From assembly GCA_025201805.1 (NCBI GenBank), contig MU619238.1, positions 70,530-134,529 on the forward strand: a stretch of DNA of 64,000 nucleotides, written 5' to 3'. Made by a program: the position numbers and the translations under genes. Positions 25,210 to 40,997 of the stretch are shown piece after piece (within the stretch, counting starts at the first letter, position 1; each line of letters begins with the position of its first letter). Source of the stretch: Parasitella parasitica NRRL 2501. Lineage: Eukaryota; Fungi; Mucoromycota. The notes under the pieces are model-generated. The model saw nothing but the letters and a program-made list of their open reading frames with translations, did no database searches and was not told where the DNA came from.

Positions 25210-27000
25210 AAAATTAAAAAAAAATTAAAAAATGAGCCTTGTCGCTAGGTCTCACAACAAATATAACTCTTTTTTATCATTTTACTTTACATTACAATCT
25301 TCTTTTTTTCCCTTTATTAACACACAACGCACAATCGCACACAAGAAATCCACATCTCAATTTTTATTCCAGCAAAATAACATAAACATATATTTTTTTT
25401 CCTACTTGATCAGACTGCTGCTTGTATTGCAGGTTTTAGCTTATCAGGTGTCATTTCTCGATTTTTGATTGTTGGGTTCATTATTCTTCATATGAAAGCA
25501 TTGTTATACATGGCCCGTTTTTGTTTTCTCTTTTTCCTAATCAGGCTGAAATCAGGTTTCCAATATGACCTTTCGCAAATCATGCAGCCAAATAAAACGC
25601 TGTAGGATATTTCGGGCATGTCTAAAACAGTATTTTGGTATTGGAAAAGAAAACTCTTATACAACAATCAACAGTGACAAATCGTTTCTCGTCTTGTTGT
25701 CTACTTTACATGCTGATGGTGATTTGAATCATCAGGGCCTTGCATGTCTTCCAGACGGAGTAAAGACATACAATTTGCGTGTAGGTGGATACTTGGACCC
25801 GTATTTTAGGTATTGCTTTTAGTGCCACCGACACATCATGCACATGCATATTCCATTGAGTCTGTACACAGGACCAACATGGAGGTTTATCTGTTAGGTG
25901 CTTGTGTAGTTGGGACGGTATCATGGCGTGCACGAAAATCACAATCTTCATTCAACTAGTGATACCCTAACTGCAGCCGACGAATACCAAATCAGCTGCA
26001 ACATGTTTGCCGTGCTTTCAGAGGACAAACAAACAGCCACAAAGATTGCCATTTGGCAAAACATAAAGAAACCATGATGCTCCTCTATGAATGTGGCAAT
26101 CTTGTATATTCATAATGATTGAATTGCAAAGAACGTTATCTGTAGATTCCTTGTTTACAAAACAAACGCCATTTATCCCAGAGCCGTCTTGTTTCCCATG
26201 TACCTTGAACATCGGCACCAGGCTTAGCAACGGTGAGTGGTGGACTCCTCCTCTTTTCCCATCGCAAAGGCACCGAGCCATTGTTTGTAGGCTGGCTAAT
26301 TGCTAGCCCAAGTAGATAGTATCATGATATTGCTAAATTTCCATATTCGAAAACTGAAAAGCGCATATTGAGAAACTCAAATAAGGCTACCTGCTTCGTC
26401 TCAGTGTCAAATATACTACATCTTGTAAAAAAAAACCCTCATAAATATATAATATGTTCGCCACACATTTATTAAGCCTTCATAATAGACTTTCTAAAAT
26501 ATACTCATTTTCAACAATGATACAAGAGACAATGTATTCAAGCCAAACTGGGAGTCATTTATACCATGCCTTTTCCTTCACCTCTCCATCAGATTGCAAC
26601 CACAAGCTTCGGAAAACTGTTAGGTGTGGTTCTAAAAACTTGAATCAGTAGAAAGAGGGCGAATCCTAATAAATTTGTAAAAAATCAATTATATTGATGA
26701 CAACATAGTATGGCATTTATTGAGTAATGCATTTTGTACCCTTGTGATGATAGTCTTGTTTTACGGAGTGTCATCCAAGATATCATAGGAAAGGGTACTC
26801 TCCACATTTTACGCCAATCTCATAAAATGTCCACATCGCAATTTCAAAGACCATATTACAATGGCGCACATAGAATAGGTGTGTACACAGACAACCTTTC
26901 GTGGAAATTTCTGCGTCAACACTTGAAAATCAACTTTGTTCTTTTCATTCATTCATTCATTTTCGATTCTTCAAACTTACCCATCATTTAGAAGCCCTAT

Positions 27001-28072
27001 ATGGAATCAAGCGCAAAGAGAAAAGCAGAGGAAATGGAGGCGCCTCCTTCTGCTAAAAGACAACAAACAAATATGCTGCTGAGAGAGCATTCAATATTTG
27101 GTGTAAAGGCAGTGGATGATGTTACTAAATATATTGCTGATTTTATTGCTGAACATTGTCAACGTGAAAACGTCGAGGTTTGTGAAGGGATTAGACAGGT
27201 AGCATTGGTTGATTCATCACAAATTGTTAGATTGAAGCTAAACTGGGTGTTCTGATCGAAAAACGTACGAACCAAAGAGTCAGTATGGGAGCTTTGACCG
27301 AAACGAGTAAACGCAATTTACTATAATGAAATGGTCGTAAACTTACATCCTTTGCAGTTATCTATCCAGATGACAATAGACACTATAGATTCGAATCCAA
27401 CATGCCATTAGAACAGCATCGCCATTTCAACAAAATTTTGAATGACATGGTCAACAAGACTCAAGCACGCGAATATCGAGTAAATATTCAATGACGAAGC
27501 TGTTGTGAGCAGCTATTTAAACATGGATTTTAGGGTGAACGTATCAAGTACAAACACACAATCGAGACAGACAGGTTTCATGAAGTACCAAACACAAGAA
27601 AAAAGCTTCGAGTGACCACAGATCAAGCAACCGGAAAGGTAAAAAACACTAATACCAATGACAACGAAACAGATGCTCACAATGGAATCAGATTGTACCA
27701 AATGGCATTATTGAAAAGGTGCGAATTGCCGATTTGAACATTCATGCACCCAACCAAGCATTGGATTTTAGAATATCAATCAATTTGGAGCTGCCTCGTA
27801 CAAAGCCCAACACAGAGCCTGTATTTGAACGCAACAAGGATCGTATCTCGTATCAACATGGCGGCATTGCATTCGATTTGACTCAAGTAAAAGGGTCGGC
27901 TGATAAAGATCCGGACTTGCGCCATGAATTAGAATTAGAATTTGCGGACTCCAGTATATTAGCGAGCGAAAAATCAAAGCATGATCGTAAAGAAACTTCG
28001 CAGTACATGCAAATGATCGAAATATTTATAAACAACATTAGAATTCTTAGTCGCAATGCTTTGAAATTATAA
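27001..28072 (+). CDS. CET1: mRNA 5'-triphosphatase, CYTH/triphosphate tunnel family (Cet1/Pct1-like), 5 exons
   Basis: Motif A ENVE|IEAKLG, RFESNM...HRHFN, LRVTTD, IEKVRIADLNIHAP, DFRISINLE, RNKDRISY, FDLTQV, motif C HELELE. Confidence 0.88.
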
Positions 28073-28103
28073 TAATAATAATAAATTCTAGATACTATAG
28101 GGT

Positions 28104-29371
28104 TTATTGTGCAGTCATTGTCGTTGGATTTGTTTTTGCCGTTGCTGTTGTGGTGGTAGCGGTTGCTTCTTTATCGCCGTAGGAAGCTAGTAAAATGGCT
28201 TTTCTGACTGGCATCTGAGGCTTTGTCTTTTGGGCCATCCAATCGTACCATTCTTGCGGCTTACGTTTACGTAGAAACGCAACAATGATAACCGTCATAT
28301 TATCACATCCAATACCTGATATATTTCCCTTTTCCGCCAAGCAATAATGCATCAGCTCTTCACAGATAGTCCCGAGGGATTTGTGTTCGCATAATTTGTA
28401 GCGCACAAAATCAATGACTTGTTGGTTATTAAAACAATCCCATATTCCATCACAGGCCAAAACTACAAATTCATCATGATCTGTTAATAGGTGTTCAATG
28501 ATATCAGGTTCAGCTAAAATAAGCAATTATTAGTCCCCGTTTGATACTTTTTATAACAAAGGTCATCCTTACCTGTCACTGCTTGGTGATCTGGTGTAAG
28601 CTGGGTATTGTTTTTAAACTTGAAATCACCGAGAGCTCGCGAGAGTGCTAAACTTCCATTGACTCGACTGTTTTCAACAAAGCCGCCTGCGTTTTTTATA
28701 CGAAGTGCTTCCTTGGTATTCTTTGGTTTATGATCCTGTGTTAAAGGAATCGCTCTACCGTCTTTTGTACTAATGACAGCCCTTGAATCACCGGCATTGC
28801 TAACGTATAGGACGTTGTTTTTCGTGAGTAATGCGGCAACTGCAGTGGAACCCGAGGTATCGTTATTAAACCGAGAGTCTGATACTCCATCCACACCGAT
28901 TAGGACTTGAATTGCTTTCAGAACATTCTGCAAATACCTTTTTTTAAATCTTCGTCAATCCCATAATAACCCATCCGTATAGCATCCCTGAACCGACCCC
29001 TATCAAATGCGGTTGTATCCATTATCTTCTTATGAAGCTCTGAACCACTATATTTGGCCACAGCATCACCTAGTGTTTCATTGATTTTAGTTACACAACC
29101 GAAATTTGGAAATTACATAGAAAAACTAACCACCATGTCCATCATATACAGCAAAGAAGCTTGTCCCAGTATCTCCATAGGACTTGATTGCAGTATGTGC
29201 GTCCTCCATATCTATATTTTCGTTAATTTTAGAGGCTCAATTGAAGATTGTGTCAGTTTTGTGCTTACTCGTTCGCCAGCCTTGCATACATGAGGCTCCA
29301 AACATGACGCGCTTGTCATTGCCTTCATTTGTACTTGTGTCTGTGATAGGCTTCAATAATGTTTGTCCCAT
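28104..29371 (-). CDS. Protein phosphatase 2C (Ptc2/Ptc3-like), 5 exons
   Basis: MGQTLLKP (myristoylation-type start), GASCMQGWR..MEDAH, YDGHGG, SGSTA, NAGDSR, DHKP, RVNGSLALSRALGD, LACDGIWD, GCDNMT. Confidence 0.93.
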
Positions 29372-31189
29372 TTTGATCATAGTATAATACAACACTTATT
29401 CTCGAGAATTGATTATGTACACGAATTGTTAAAAAGTATAAAGAGAAAAAAGCAGCTAAGAACTAAACTTTGTAGGTGATGATTTGTAGAATCAGTCTAA
29501 AATGCTCATTTGAAACTCTCCGGGCTGAGGCCGAAGCTTTAGTGGATAAAACATGGCCAACCATGCCTTCACTAGCAACTACATTTAATTACCTAATAAT
29601 TAATTGAAAGGTTTTAAACTGGCTCAGGAAATGATTGACATTGTAAGCGTGTGTATGTGTAGAGTGTGCATGTCTATTTGTTGACTTTGGAGTAACCTGA
29701 CATATTGTTCATAATTGTGTGCATGTACACTAAAAGGAACTGGAGCTATACCTAATCTGAGTGATATGACACAACTTTAAATTTTGCTACTTGCCTGTGA
29801 CACACGACTTTATTCAAAACACATTATCTCACTGCTTTTAATTGACATCTTTCAGTAGATTTATTATGTCTCTCAGCTGAGACAAAAATAGTAGTAAACC
29901 TTCATTAAATGTTCGTATTTTTATCGAGCCAAGCTCATACCAAGTTTTGCGTAACTCAAGCTCGAGTCAAGCTTGAAAAACCAGCCAAATTTCTAAAAGT
30001 TTTGAAATGGCTGAATTTAATACATACTGTGATCTTTTATGAGATAATATGAAATAGTACAACATACACATTTTGTTTAGCAGAGCTATGATTTTTACAA
30101 TTGACATTTCCTTTTGACAATATGAATTCATTATTGCACTTACACGAAATAAAGTTCGTTCCAGATCCTTATGCTGGAGTTACACAAAAGAAAAAGCAAA
30201 TATGAAGAATTGGATACATATCATCCTAATGGCCAAAAAAAAAAAAAATGATTTTAAAAATGATTTGCGTGCACATGTAAATTGAGTAAATTCTAACTGA
30301 AGTGTGCTAATATTTCTTGTGCTATTAATTTTGGGAAAATGTACTAGTATGTATTAGCATGTATACCTTGATTGGACCCCAAATCCGTGCTTAAAAATCA
30401 CCCTGAAAAATCAAATAAAAAATGTAACTTTGCTATGGGTCGACCTCGGGCCTCTGTAGTGGAATACCGAAAAGTTTTCTCAGGGCCGCCCTTTTAAAAA
30501 GTATGTTGAAATGATATGTCGACTGCAGAATTAGAAAGTAAGTAAAAGAAAACAAATCAAATCAGAACCTGCTAAATATACTACAGATGTTCAACGATAA
30601 TGAGTTGAGTATTTGAGTTTATAGAGAATTGGTATTTCTCGGATACTATATAATAAATGCTTTTTAAAAATTACTAAGGTTTTGTATTTGCTCTTCAGTT
30701 TCTCTTCAGTTTCTCAAAATCATTATAGATTTACGATATCATGTTTCTTCAAGAATGCTGTGGAAGATCAAAGTGGCATGCTTCAAATAGAGATTGAAGC
30801 TGAAAAAGAAATATTAAATGGTATTAAAAAACAAATATTAATTGTATTGGAGAAATATACATCAACTGAAATATCCCATTTCTAACATAACAGAATAGAC
30901 ATTACAACAAAGCAAAAATTGGAATGCTTTCAGCAGGTTTTTTTTTTTGAACTAAAGTTACAAGACAAGCATATATTATGCACTGAGCACTTTTAGGCTT
31001 TTTACTCTAGAGAGAAAACGCTCTTTGTTCGACAAGAGAGTGACACATTGAATGAAACCTCTATTCTTTCATACAAAAGATATTGGTTAATGGCAACTGT
31101 TTGTCTTCGGTGCTTTAATACAATCGTGACAAAAAGGGAAATCTTGCCATCATTCAAAGCATTTTCTTTTATTTAAACAATATTACAAT

Positions 31190-32637
31190 ATGGGAATAGT
31201 CTTGGTTGTCATGTCTGTTCTCAGTCTGACTGCAGCTATAACGGCTAAAGGAGAGCATACTACTCTTGCCATATCCATCATCATGTCAATCATAGCTGGT
31301 TTATGTGCACATTCTTGCTTACCGAAATTACGAGATACTTTTTTAAAAGCAAACTTATCTGGTCGCGACCTTTTGAAAAGGGATAAACCATTGCTGTAAG
31401 GGACAAAAGATTTATATATCAAGATATGTACTAATTGCTAGCAGGCCAGAAACTATGGGGCTACCTGTAGCTATTATCTATCTCATTACTCTGTTTTTGT
31501 TTATACCGTTTCCTTTCATCGACTGGTTTGAAGGCGCTCATTTGGTTCATAAAGTTGATCCATCTATTGGAACATTTCCTTACAACAAGGTACGCTTTGA
31601 TGGATTTTAATAAATACATGCACTAATAAATTGTCTAGCTGGGTGAGATACTATCCGCTATATTGGCGATTCAATCGATGATCTTGCTAGGATTTGCAGA
31701 TGATGTATTAGATGTTCGCTGGCGATATAAAGTGTGGTTTCCTGCCATTGCTGGTATTCCATTGATGATTTTTTACTACACAAACAAAGGGGTAACGTAT
31801 GTGATGATGCCGGTACAATTAAGACCCTATCTAGGTGATTTGGTCGATTTAGGTACATGCAGTCAACGAAACCAACACGAGCCATGCTGATTGAATTGAT
31901 TAGGACCACTATATTATGTTTATATGAGTATGCTCATTATATTTTGTACTCATAGTATCAATATTTTGGCTGGAATCAATGGCATCGAGGCGGGCCAGTC
32001 TATCGTCATTGGAATCTCGGTTATTTTCAATGATTTACTCTTTATTTCCAATAATCCAGATCGAGCCAGCGTGGAAGCTCATTTATTCAGTCTCTACTTC
32101 ATCATACCCTTTGTAGGCGTAACCTGTGCTTTATTATGGCATAATTGGTTTCCTGCTCGTTTATTTGTTGGCGATACGTTTTGCTATTTTGCCGGCATGA
32201 CTTTAGCTGTTGTTGGTATTCTGGGCCATTTCTCCAAAACATTGCTATTGTTTTTCCTGCCTCAAATCTTCAATTTCATCTATTCATGCCCTCAACTATT
32301 TCGACTAGTAGAGTGCCCTCGTCATCGTATGCCTCGATTGAACGAGCAAGGATTGTTGCAATGTTCTACTGTTCGGCCTAATGACAAGAAACCTGTGGGC
32401 AAACTTGGAAATCTCGTACTGAAATTTTTGCGCACATTAGGTCTCTTAAAAGTCTTAGAATATGACCAAGAGAATCGTATTATCGAGTGCAACAATCTTA
32501 CACTTCTAAATATTGTCTTGGCACATCTGGGGCCTTTGTCTGAAAGAAATACAACAATAATTGTATTATTGATTCAAGCTTGCGCAAGTTTATTAGGTTT
32601 CTTCATCAGATATAAACTTGTAAATTTTGTATATTAG
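31190..32637 (+). CDS. ALG7: UDP-GlcNAc:dolichyl-phosphate GlcNAc-1-phosphate transferase, 4 exons
   Basis: LSGRDLLK...|PETMG, LLGFADDVLDVRWRYK, FCTHSINILAGINGIEAGQS, NWFPARLFVGDTFCYFAG, GHFSKT, CPRHRMPR, NNLTLLN. Confidence 0.95.
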
Positions 32638-32717
32638 AATCTAGTGTTTTTTTTTCTGAGGTTTAATAAATCTTTCAGTCTTTTTTCTCTCTCTCTCTCT
32701 TTACCCACTACGCGATA

Positions 32718-33214
32718 ATGTCAGATAATCAATCAACGTAACTTGTAAAAGTGAATGAAAAATGCATGGATTCTCAAATGTTCGTAAATAGACCAACAGA
32801 ATCGAATCCATCGCAACAGGAACAAATGCATCCGTCGCCCTTATTGGATGTTGTAAATCAAGAAGTAAAACAATACATTGACGCTTTGTTGCAATGGACA
32901 CTGATTTAAAAACTATAGAAGCCACAGACTAATACATCATCACCAATTACTGGTCCAGCACCGACAACATCTGCACCTACAAAGAAAGAGTTGGAATTCA
33001 CATCCCAAGAAGATACACCTACTCCTAGATCCTACCTTGATTCTACAGTGGTACCAACATTGTTGGAAGGGATGAAATTGCTGGTATCCGAAAGGTAAGC
33101 AGCGTTCTTGGGATCATATTTTCAGTTACTGTAATTTTAAATAGACCTAGCGATCCACTCGCTTATCTTGGCCATTTTTTACTTTCTCGATCGAATGAAG
33201 GAAAGCAACTCTAA
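32718..33214 (+). CDS. Dpy-30/Sdc1 (COMPASS subunit) family protein, 4 exons
   Basis: C-terminal Dpy-30 motif PRSYLDSTVVPTLLEGMKLLVSER|PSDPLAYLGHFLL. GT-AG introns keep the frame. Missed by the ORF track. Confidence 0.85.
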
Positions 33215-33470
33215 ACTGTCACCTTGTTGTTTATAACGACCGCAAATATCGTCAATTCATCGTTACTCAAGAGTTAATTGTAGCCCTTTTGAGTTTTATT
33301 TTCATAAATTCCTTCTTGTCTCTTTCATCCAACTCCTTTTCTTTTTTATCATCATTCATATTTAAAAAGAGAATAAGTAATTCACTTCCCCCCTTCCCCA
33401 CCCAATTGCCCAATAAATACACATTTGCAGCACATAATCCTTTGGTTTCCTGATATAATATAAATATAAG

Positions 33471-33823
33471 ATGGGATTCATCGAAAAAATCAAATCTAAC
33501 GTAGAAATGTGGAAGATTGAAAAATATACCAAGCGTAGACCAGTGACATCCCCAGATTTTGAGCAAAAAGGTATATATTACCTCTTAATGGCTATTATCT
33601 GCAGACGAAGACTGACATCAAACAAATTTCTACATTTATAGACCGAGAATTTTATCGTCAATTTTATAAAGATGGGGTATATCTACACCAGCAGCCTAAT
33701 GGAGCTCCAGCTAACTCAAGCAGTGGTGTCATCAATTCAATTAGTAGAAAAACTACTCTTTTACGAACAAAGAGTGAAAAGATTTTGCGTTCTTCTGAAA
33801 ATTACAATAGCACGGCACGATAA
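33471..33823 (+). CDS. Small hypothetical protein, 93 aa, 2 exons (33471-33570, 33642-33823)
   Basis: MGFIEKIKSNVEMWKIEKYTKRRPVTSPDFEQK|DREFYRQFYKDGVYLHQQPNG...NSTAR*. A clean GT-AG intron gives a 282-nt CDS. Confidence 0.7.
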
Positions 33824-36170
33824 CCTTAGGAGGTTTTCTTGGCCAGGTTTTTTTGTATCACCTTTCAATTTATTTTTATTTACAAATATAATAATAAAAA
33901 GATCGTGCAATATAGTATTACTTTGGACAATGTTGGTTCGCTATAAATGATTCAAAGACAAGTTTCCTCTGCTTGAGAACACATTTGAAAATAGAAGTTA
34001 GAAATGAATGATATGATTATGCTGTGCGATGCTGCTAACTTATATGATAATGAAGAGATTCGAAATAATATATCTACACACATAACTTGACCAATTGATC
34101 ACAAAAATTCTCTTTGATGCATAGTGCTGATAAGTTGAAGCCGTTAACATGTTTTTAAATAGAACAGAGTTTACAGCTTAAAAAATCGCCTTTTTTAGTT
34201 AGACCATTTCCAAATTCGAGAGATTCAATCTTTTCGCCCGATTTTCAACATTATCTACTCTGTTAGAGAACTTTCCTTATAAATGAAAATGCATGATCGT
34301 TTATTTTATGCCAAGTTTCATACGCACTGAAAATAAGATGTGCCTGGCGTAACGCCGACATCTCGAAAATCAACAAACTGAAAAAAAACCAACCAAAGCA
34401 TTTGTTAACTCCATTCCTTCTTGGTTTGTGCTTGCTTTGCTTTATTCTTGTAAAATTTAATAAATTTACTCGGTTTAATAACAACTACATGATACATTAT
34501 ACGGAGAGACGTTACACGTAAAATAATGATGCTAAATCATAAAATAAAAGTTCGGGAGGAAAGCTACATTTGTTGATTCCTTTAGTACAAGTAAGTGTAA
34601 AAAGTGAAAATTGTAATTCATCATACACTTCTCTTTCAAAAGAAAAAACCACGTAGAGTTATAATTGCTACAATACTGTCTTGACTACGCAGCTTAAAGC
34701 AGGAGTGAGGTAACTGCCATGCAACATAAGACCCTGTCGAACCTTCACATTGAGACTTTTAAAGTTTATTATCTGCTTTGGTGGATAAGATGTGGTAGTG
34801 GTAATGGTAGTGGTTACATAGAATATGACTGATTGTTTAAAATGGGTAAAGACAATTTCGATGGTGGTCCTAGTCTTTAAAAGACAAGTATTGTTTCTCC
34901 TTATTTATTACTTGACATTTGATGTATGAGTAAGATATTGTTCAGAATAAGATTTATTATTATATGGATAGTGTTCCATCATGTAACAGTAGTTCAGGAT
35001 TACCAATGAAGATTATTAAGAATATATCACTAATTATAGAATAATTCGATGTATATGTCGAAAATGACAGATTGAGCATAGTATGTAATATCAGTTCATG
35101 ACTATTCATAATGTTTCTGGTTTTTTATAAGAGTAGGATATTTTTCAAATTCAAAAGTGAATACATGGTATGCATATATTTTCAAATATTAGAATCTGTT
35201 TTTATATTATGTTAATTGACTGAAATGTTTACCGCCTTTCATAATAGCCCATTAGTGTTATTAATGGAATTAATCAGGTAAAAAATATTGTTTATCAATG
35301 GATCAAGAGAGAGAGTTTATATACTATTCGAACTTTCGCGATTGACACGAGAATAAGGTAATGTTAGATGGCAGGATTTGGGTAATTAGAACAATATATT
35401 GAGTACCTATTGTGAATGACATGCCACCATGATAGCGGATTTGTAATCTGATTTGGAACGGATCAAGTCTTAATTTGACAGTAATCAACCAAGAAAACAG
35501 GTCTTCACAAGTTTATTCAGCAGCAGACACTATCTAGAGTAATAATCAGCAATACTCAGTGATATATTGAATGCCACATATCACAATATCCTCCATAAAT
35601 TACGTGAATCAAATTAATATACCACCAAAGTTCCTTACTGTACTCGTCTGCATTACCTTTATGGCGTTGGAATAAATATATAACCCGGATCTCACCTTTA
35701 AACCTCTTCAGCTTGTATAAATCCTCCAATTTGAATATAGTAGACGATTTCTTTATTTACCAGATAAACTCTCGAAAAACTTTGACAACGAAAAAGTTTA
35801 CCATAGAAAGAGAAATTTGGCTCTAGTTTGTTGAAGTTAAACTGGGCAAGAAAGGCTAAAATCAGTAGGCGCAAAAATATAATTAAAAGCTAATCAAAAA
35901 TGGCTTTTTGAGATCGTATAGGAATTCCCAAATTGTATACCATTTTGGCTTATTTGCCTATCCAGATGTGGCTTACAAGCTACATGTAGTAATTTAGGAT
36001 CTAGATGCTCTCAAGTCTAAAGCTTCTTGATATGTTTGTCCTTTTATTTGGCAGAAATTCAAATTTGAGTTATAAATCAGAAGCTTGTAAATGAATTAAG
36101 AAAGGGAGAATAGAGATGTGTAGATTAAAAAGTTGACTTTAATAGGCTACTGTAAAAACTACATAGAGCA

Positions 36171-36190
36171 AGAGAGAGAGAGAGAGAGAG
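36171..36190. repeat. (AG)n microsatellite
   Basis: Seen directly, upstream of DED1. Confidence 0.8.
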
Positions 36191-36583
36191 CCAGTGCGAG
36201 ATTGCCAATGTAAAAAGTAACAGAATAATATCTCGATCGTGAATACCAACATTTATATCTGAGCATTAAGAAAATTAACCTAGTTCAGAAGGAGGTGAAA
36301 ATAACCTCTAACCTCATAAAACTAAAAGTCATGATGCATTTGGTTAGAGAGATATACAGAGAGACAAAACAATGTCTTCATTTTGCTTTATTACGTATGC
36401 TTGTATACTAGTACGGTTTTTAACCAAATCGCATATCCTATTTAAATCTGTTGGCAACATTATTCATTATAATGCCAAAAAGGAAACTGCGGCGTTGTTT
36501 TAGCAACTGATGAATTTTCTTTAGTATCTGAATTTTTTTTTTATTTTTATAAATCCTCCTTTTTCACTTATTACTTTAATATC

Positions 36584-38879
<2,296 letters not shown>

Positions 38880-39278
38880 CTTTTCTGGATTCAACAACTG
38901 GAAGTAATTATTCCTATCTTTGCTTTACACCAAATCTATAGCACATTTTTCTCATGATTAAACCCCTCTATCCTTCTTTTCAAAAAAAAAAAAAGCCCTA
39001 CCTGCAAAAAAAGAGCAGAAGGAAAAAAAACATGATACGTAAATCATGAGCTCACTTCAAATGTAAATAGATTTATGAATAAAAAAAAACCAACATGATT
39101 ACTCCATTTTTGAATTTTCAAACATTTTTATTTACCGTTCATTATGAGATTTGCAAACATCCAATACAGTGTTAGATTACAGAAGTATGTTGCTTTACAA
39201 ATTATTATTATTATTTTTTTTTTTTTTGATTTATTTATATATTTCTCGATGTATGTTTTAACTTTTGTAATAAATCTC

Positions 39279-40997
39279 TTAATTTGCTTCTGCTTCCAGA
39301 ACAGTACCACGCTTGATCTTACCCCAACCAATAAGACTATGTACAAAATATCAGTTTCCTTTCGATCATCCTTAATTCCAGCTAAAATACTTACCGCCAA
39401 TGTCTTTCAATCTTTCTTGAGATAGCAACCTTATCACCAACTTCAGTACAAGTGGGACCGGTCAAAATAATCTTTGCAAGATCAGCCTTAACACCGACAA
39501 CACGACCACCAGTAGAGACAGAGCCGATGTTTACCAAAAGTAGTTCGCCCTTTGATAATTTAGCGACCTTGGCTTGCTTCTTGTCATCAGTCTTGACACC
39601 CAATAAGCGACGCAGCAAAAAGTAAGAGATTTCGAGTTCGGTATAGATTGAAGGTAAGGTACCAGGATAACCCAAGACCTGACCGACCAAACGATCACCA
39701 CGGCACAGAGTAGGGTCCATCTGAGTACCAACACCGATTAAACCACCAGGAACAGCAAACTCTAACTTGTTTGTTTCGGCAGCTAATGTCAAAATCTTTG
39801 ACAAGATAGGGCGAGCACGAATACGACCCTCTTGATCCTTGATGATCACACCAGGGCGGACTTCAATGTTATCGCCAATCTTGAAAACACCCTTGATGAT
39901 GGAACCACCAGCAACACCACCATGAAGGTTCTCAACATCGGCACCGGGTTTGTTAATATCAAAAGAACGAATAACAATTAATCTAGGATCAGCAGAGAAA
40001 TCACGAACTGGAACAGGAATCTTCTTGGTGATATATTCATTGACAGCGTCGATGTTGTATTTAAGCTGGGCAGAAATGGGGACGATGGGAGCACCATCAG
40101 CGACGGTACCCTTTACAAATGCAAGAATATCTTCATGTTGCTCGTGTGCGGCCTCCTTCTTTACAAGATCAACCTTGTTTTGAAGAATAATGACATGTTC
40201 AAGCTTCATGATTTCGATAGCTGCGAGATGTTCGGATGTTTGAGGTTGAGGACAAGATTCGTTACCTGCAATCAGTAAGAGTGCTGCGTCCATGACAGCT
40301 GCACCAGACAACATGGTGGTCATCTAAAGAACACGCAATTAGTAAACTATCCCACTTGCACACATTTCGTTCTATATTTACAAGAATATCGTGACCAGGG
40401 CAATCTTATTGAACAAGAATACGATTAGCAATTTTGGTCAAGAAACAAATATCAAATTCCGCCTTTACCAACAAAACTGATATGGCGAACGAGCTCCATG
40501 GTTCCGCCGCATCCAGAGCGTTCGCAAACGGGGTTATCCTCTTTAGCAGAGCCGTATGATTTATAGCAGCCAGGTCTGGGGCATTCATGATTGCTACACT
40601 TGAAAATCTTGGCATTGGCATAACCCAACTTGATGGTGATATTTCTTTCCATCTCATTTTTGAAACGGACAGTCTATTTGTACGTAAAAAAAACACGAGA
40701 TATTAGTATTTCTCGATATATTTACTTGAAGCCTCATCTATTAGTCTAAAGCAAGGACCAATGTTTACCTGGACACCTGAAATGGCTTTAACAACTGTAG
40801 ATTTGCCGTGAGCTACGTGACCGATAGTACCTATTACATGACATTTGAAGAAAATTTTTTTCGTTAAAAATCGAGCTGCGTCGTCAGAGGATTCGACTCG
40901 AGTTTATCGTACCAATATTGATAGTAGCTTGTTTGGAAATAACCTCATGTGACAAAGGGGTCAACTTGGTGACATCAATTTGAGCAGCTTCTGTCAT
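39279..40997 (-). CDS. GCD11: Translation initiation factor eIF2 gamma, 6 exons
   Basis: QATINIG|[26 protein letters not shown], Zn-knuckle cysteines, [31 protein letters not shown]|LIGWGKI. Confidence 0.97.
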
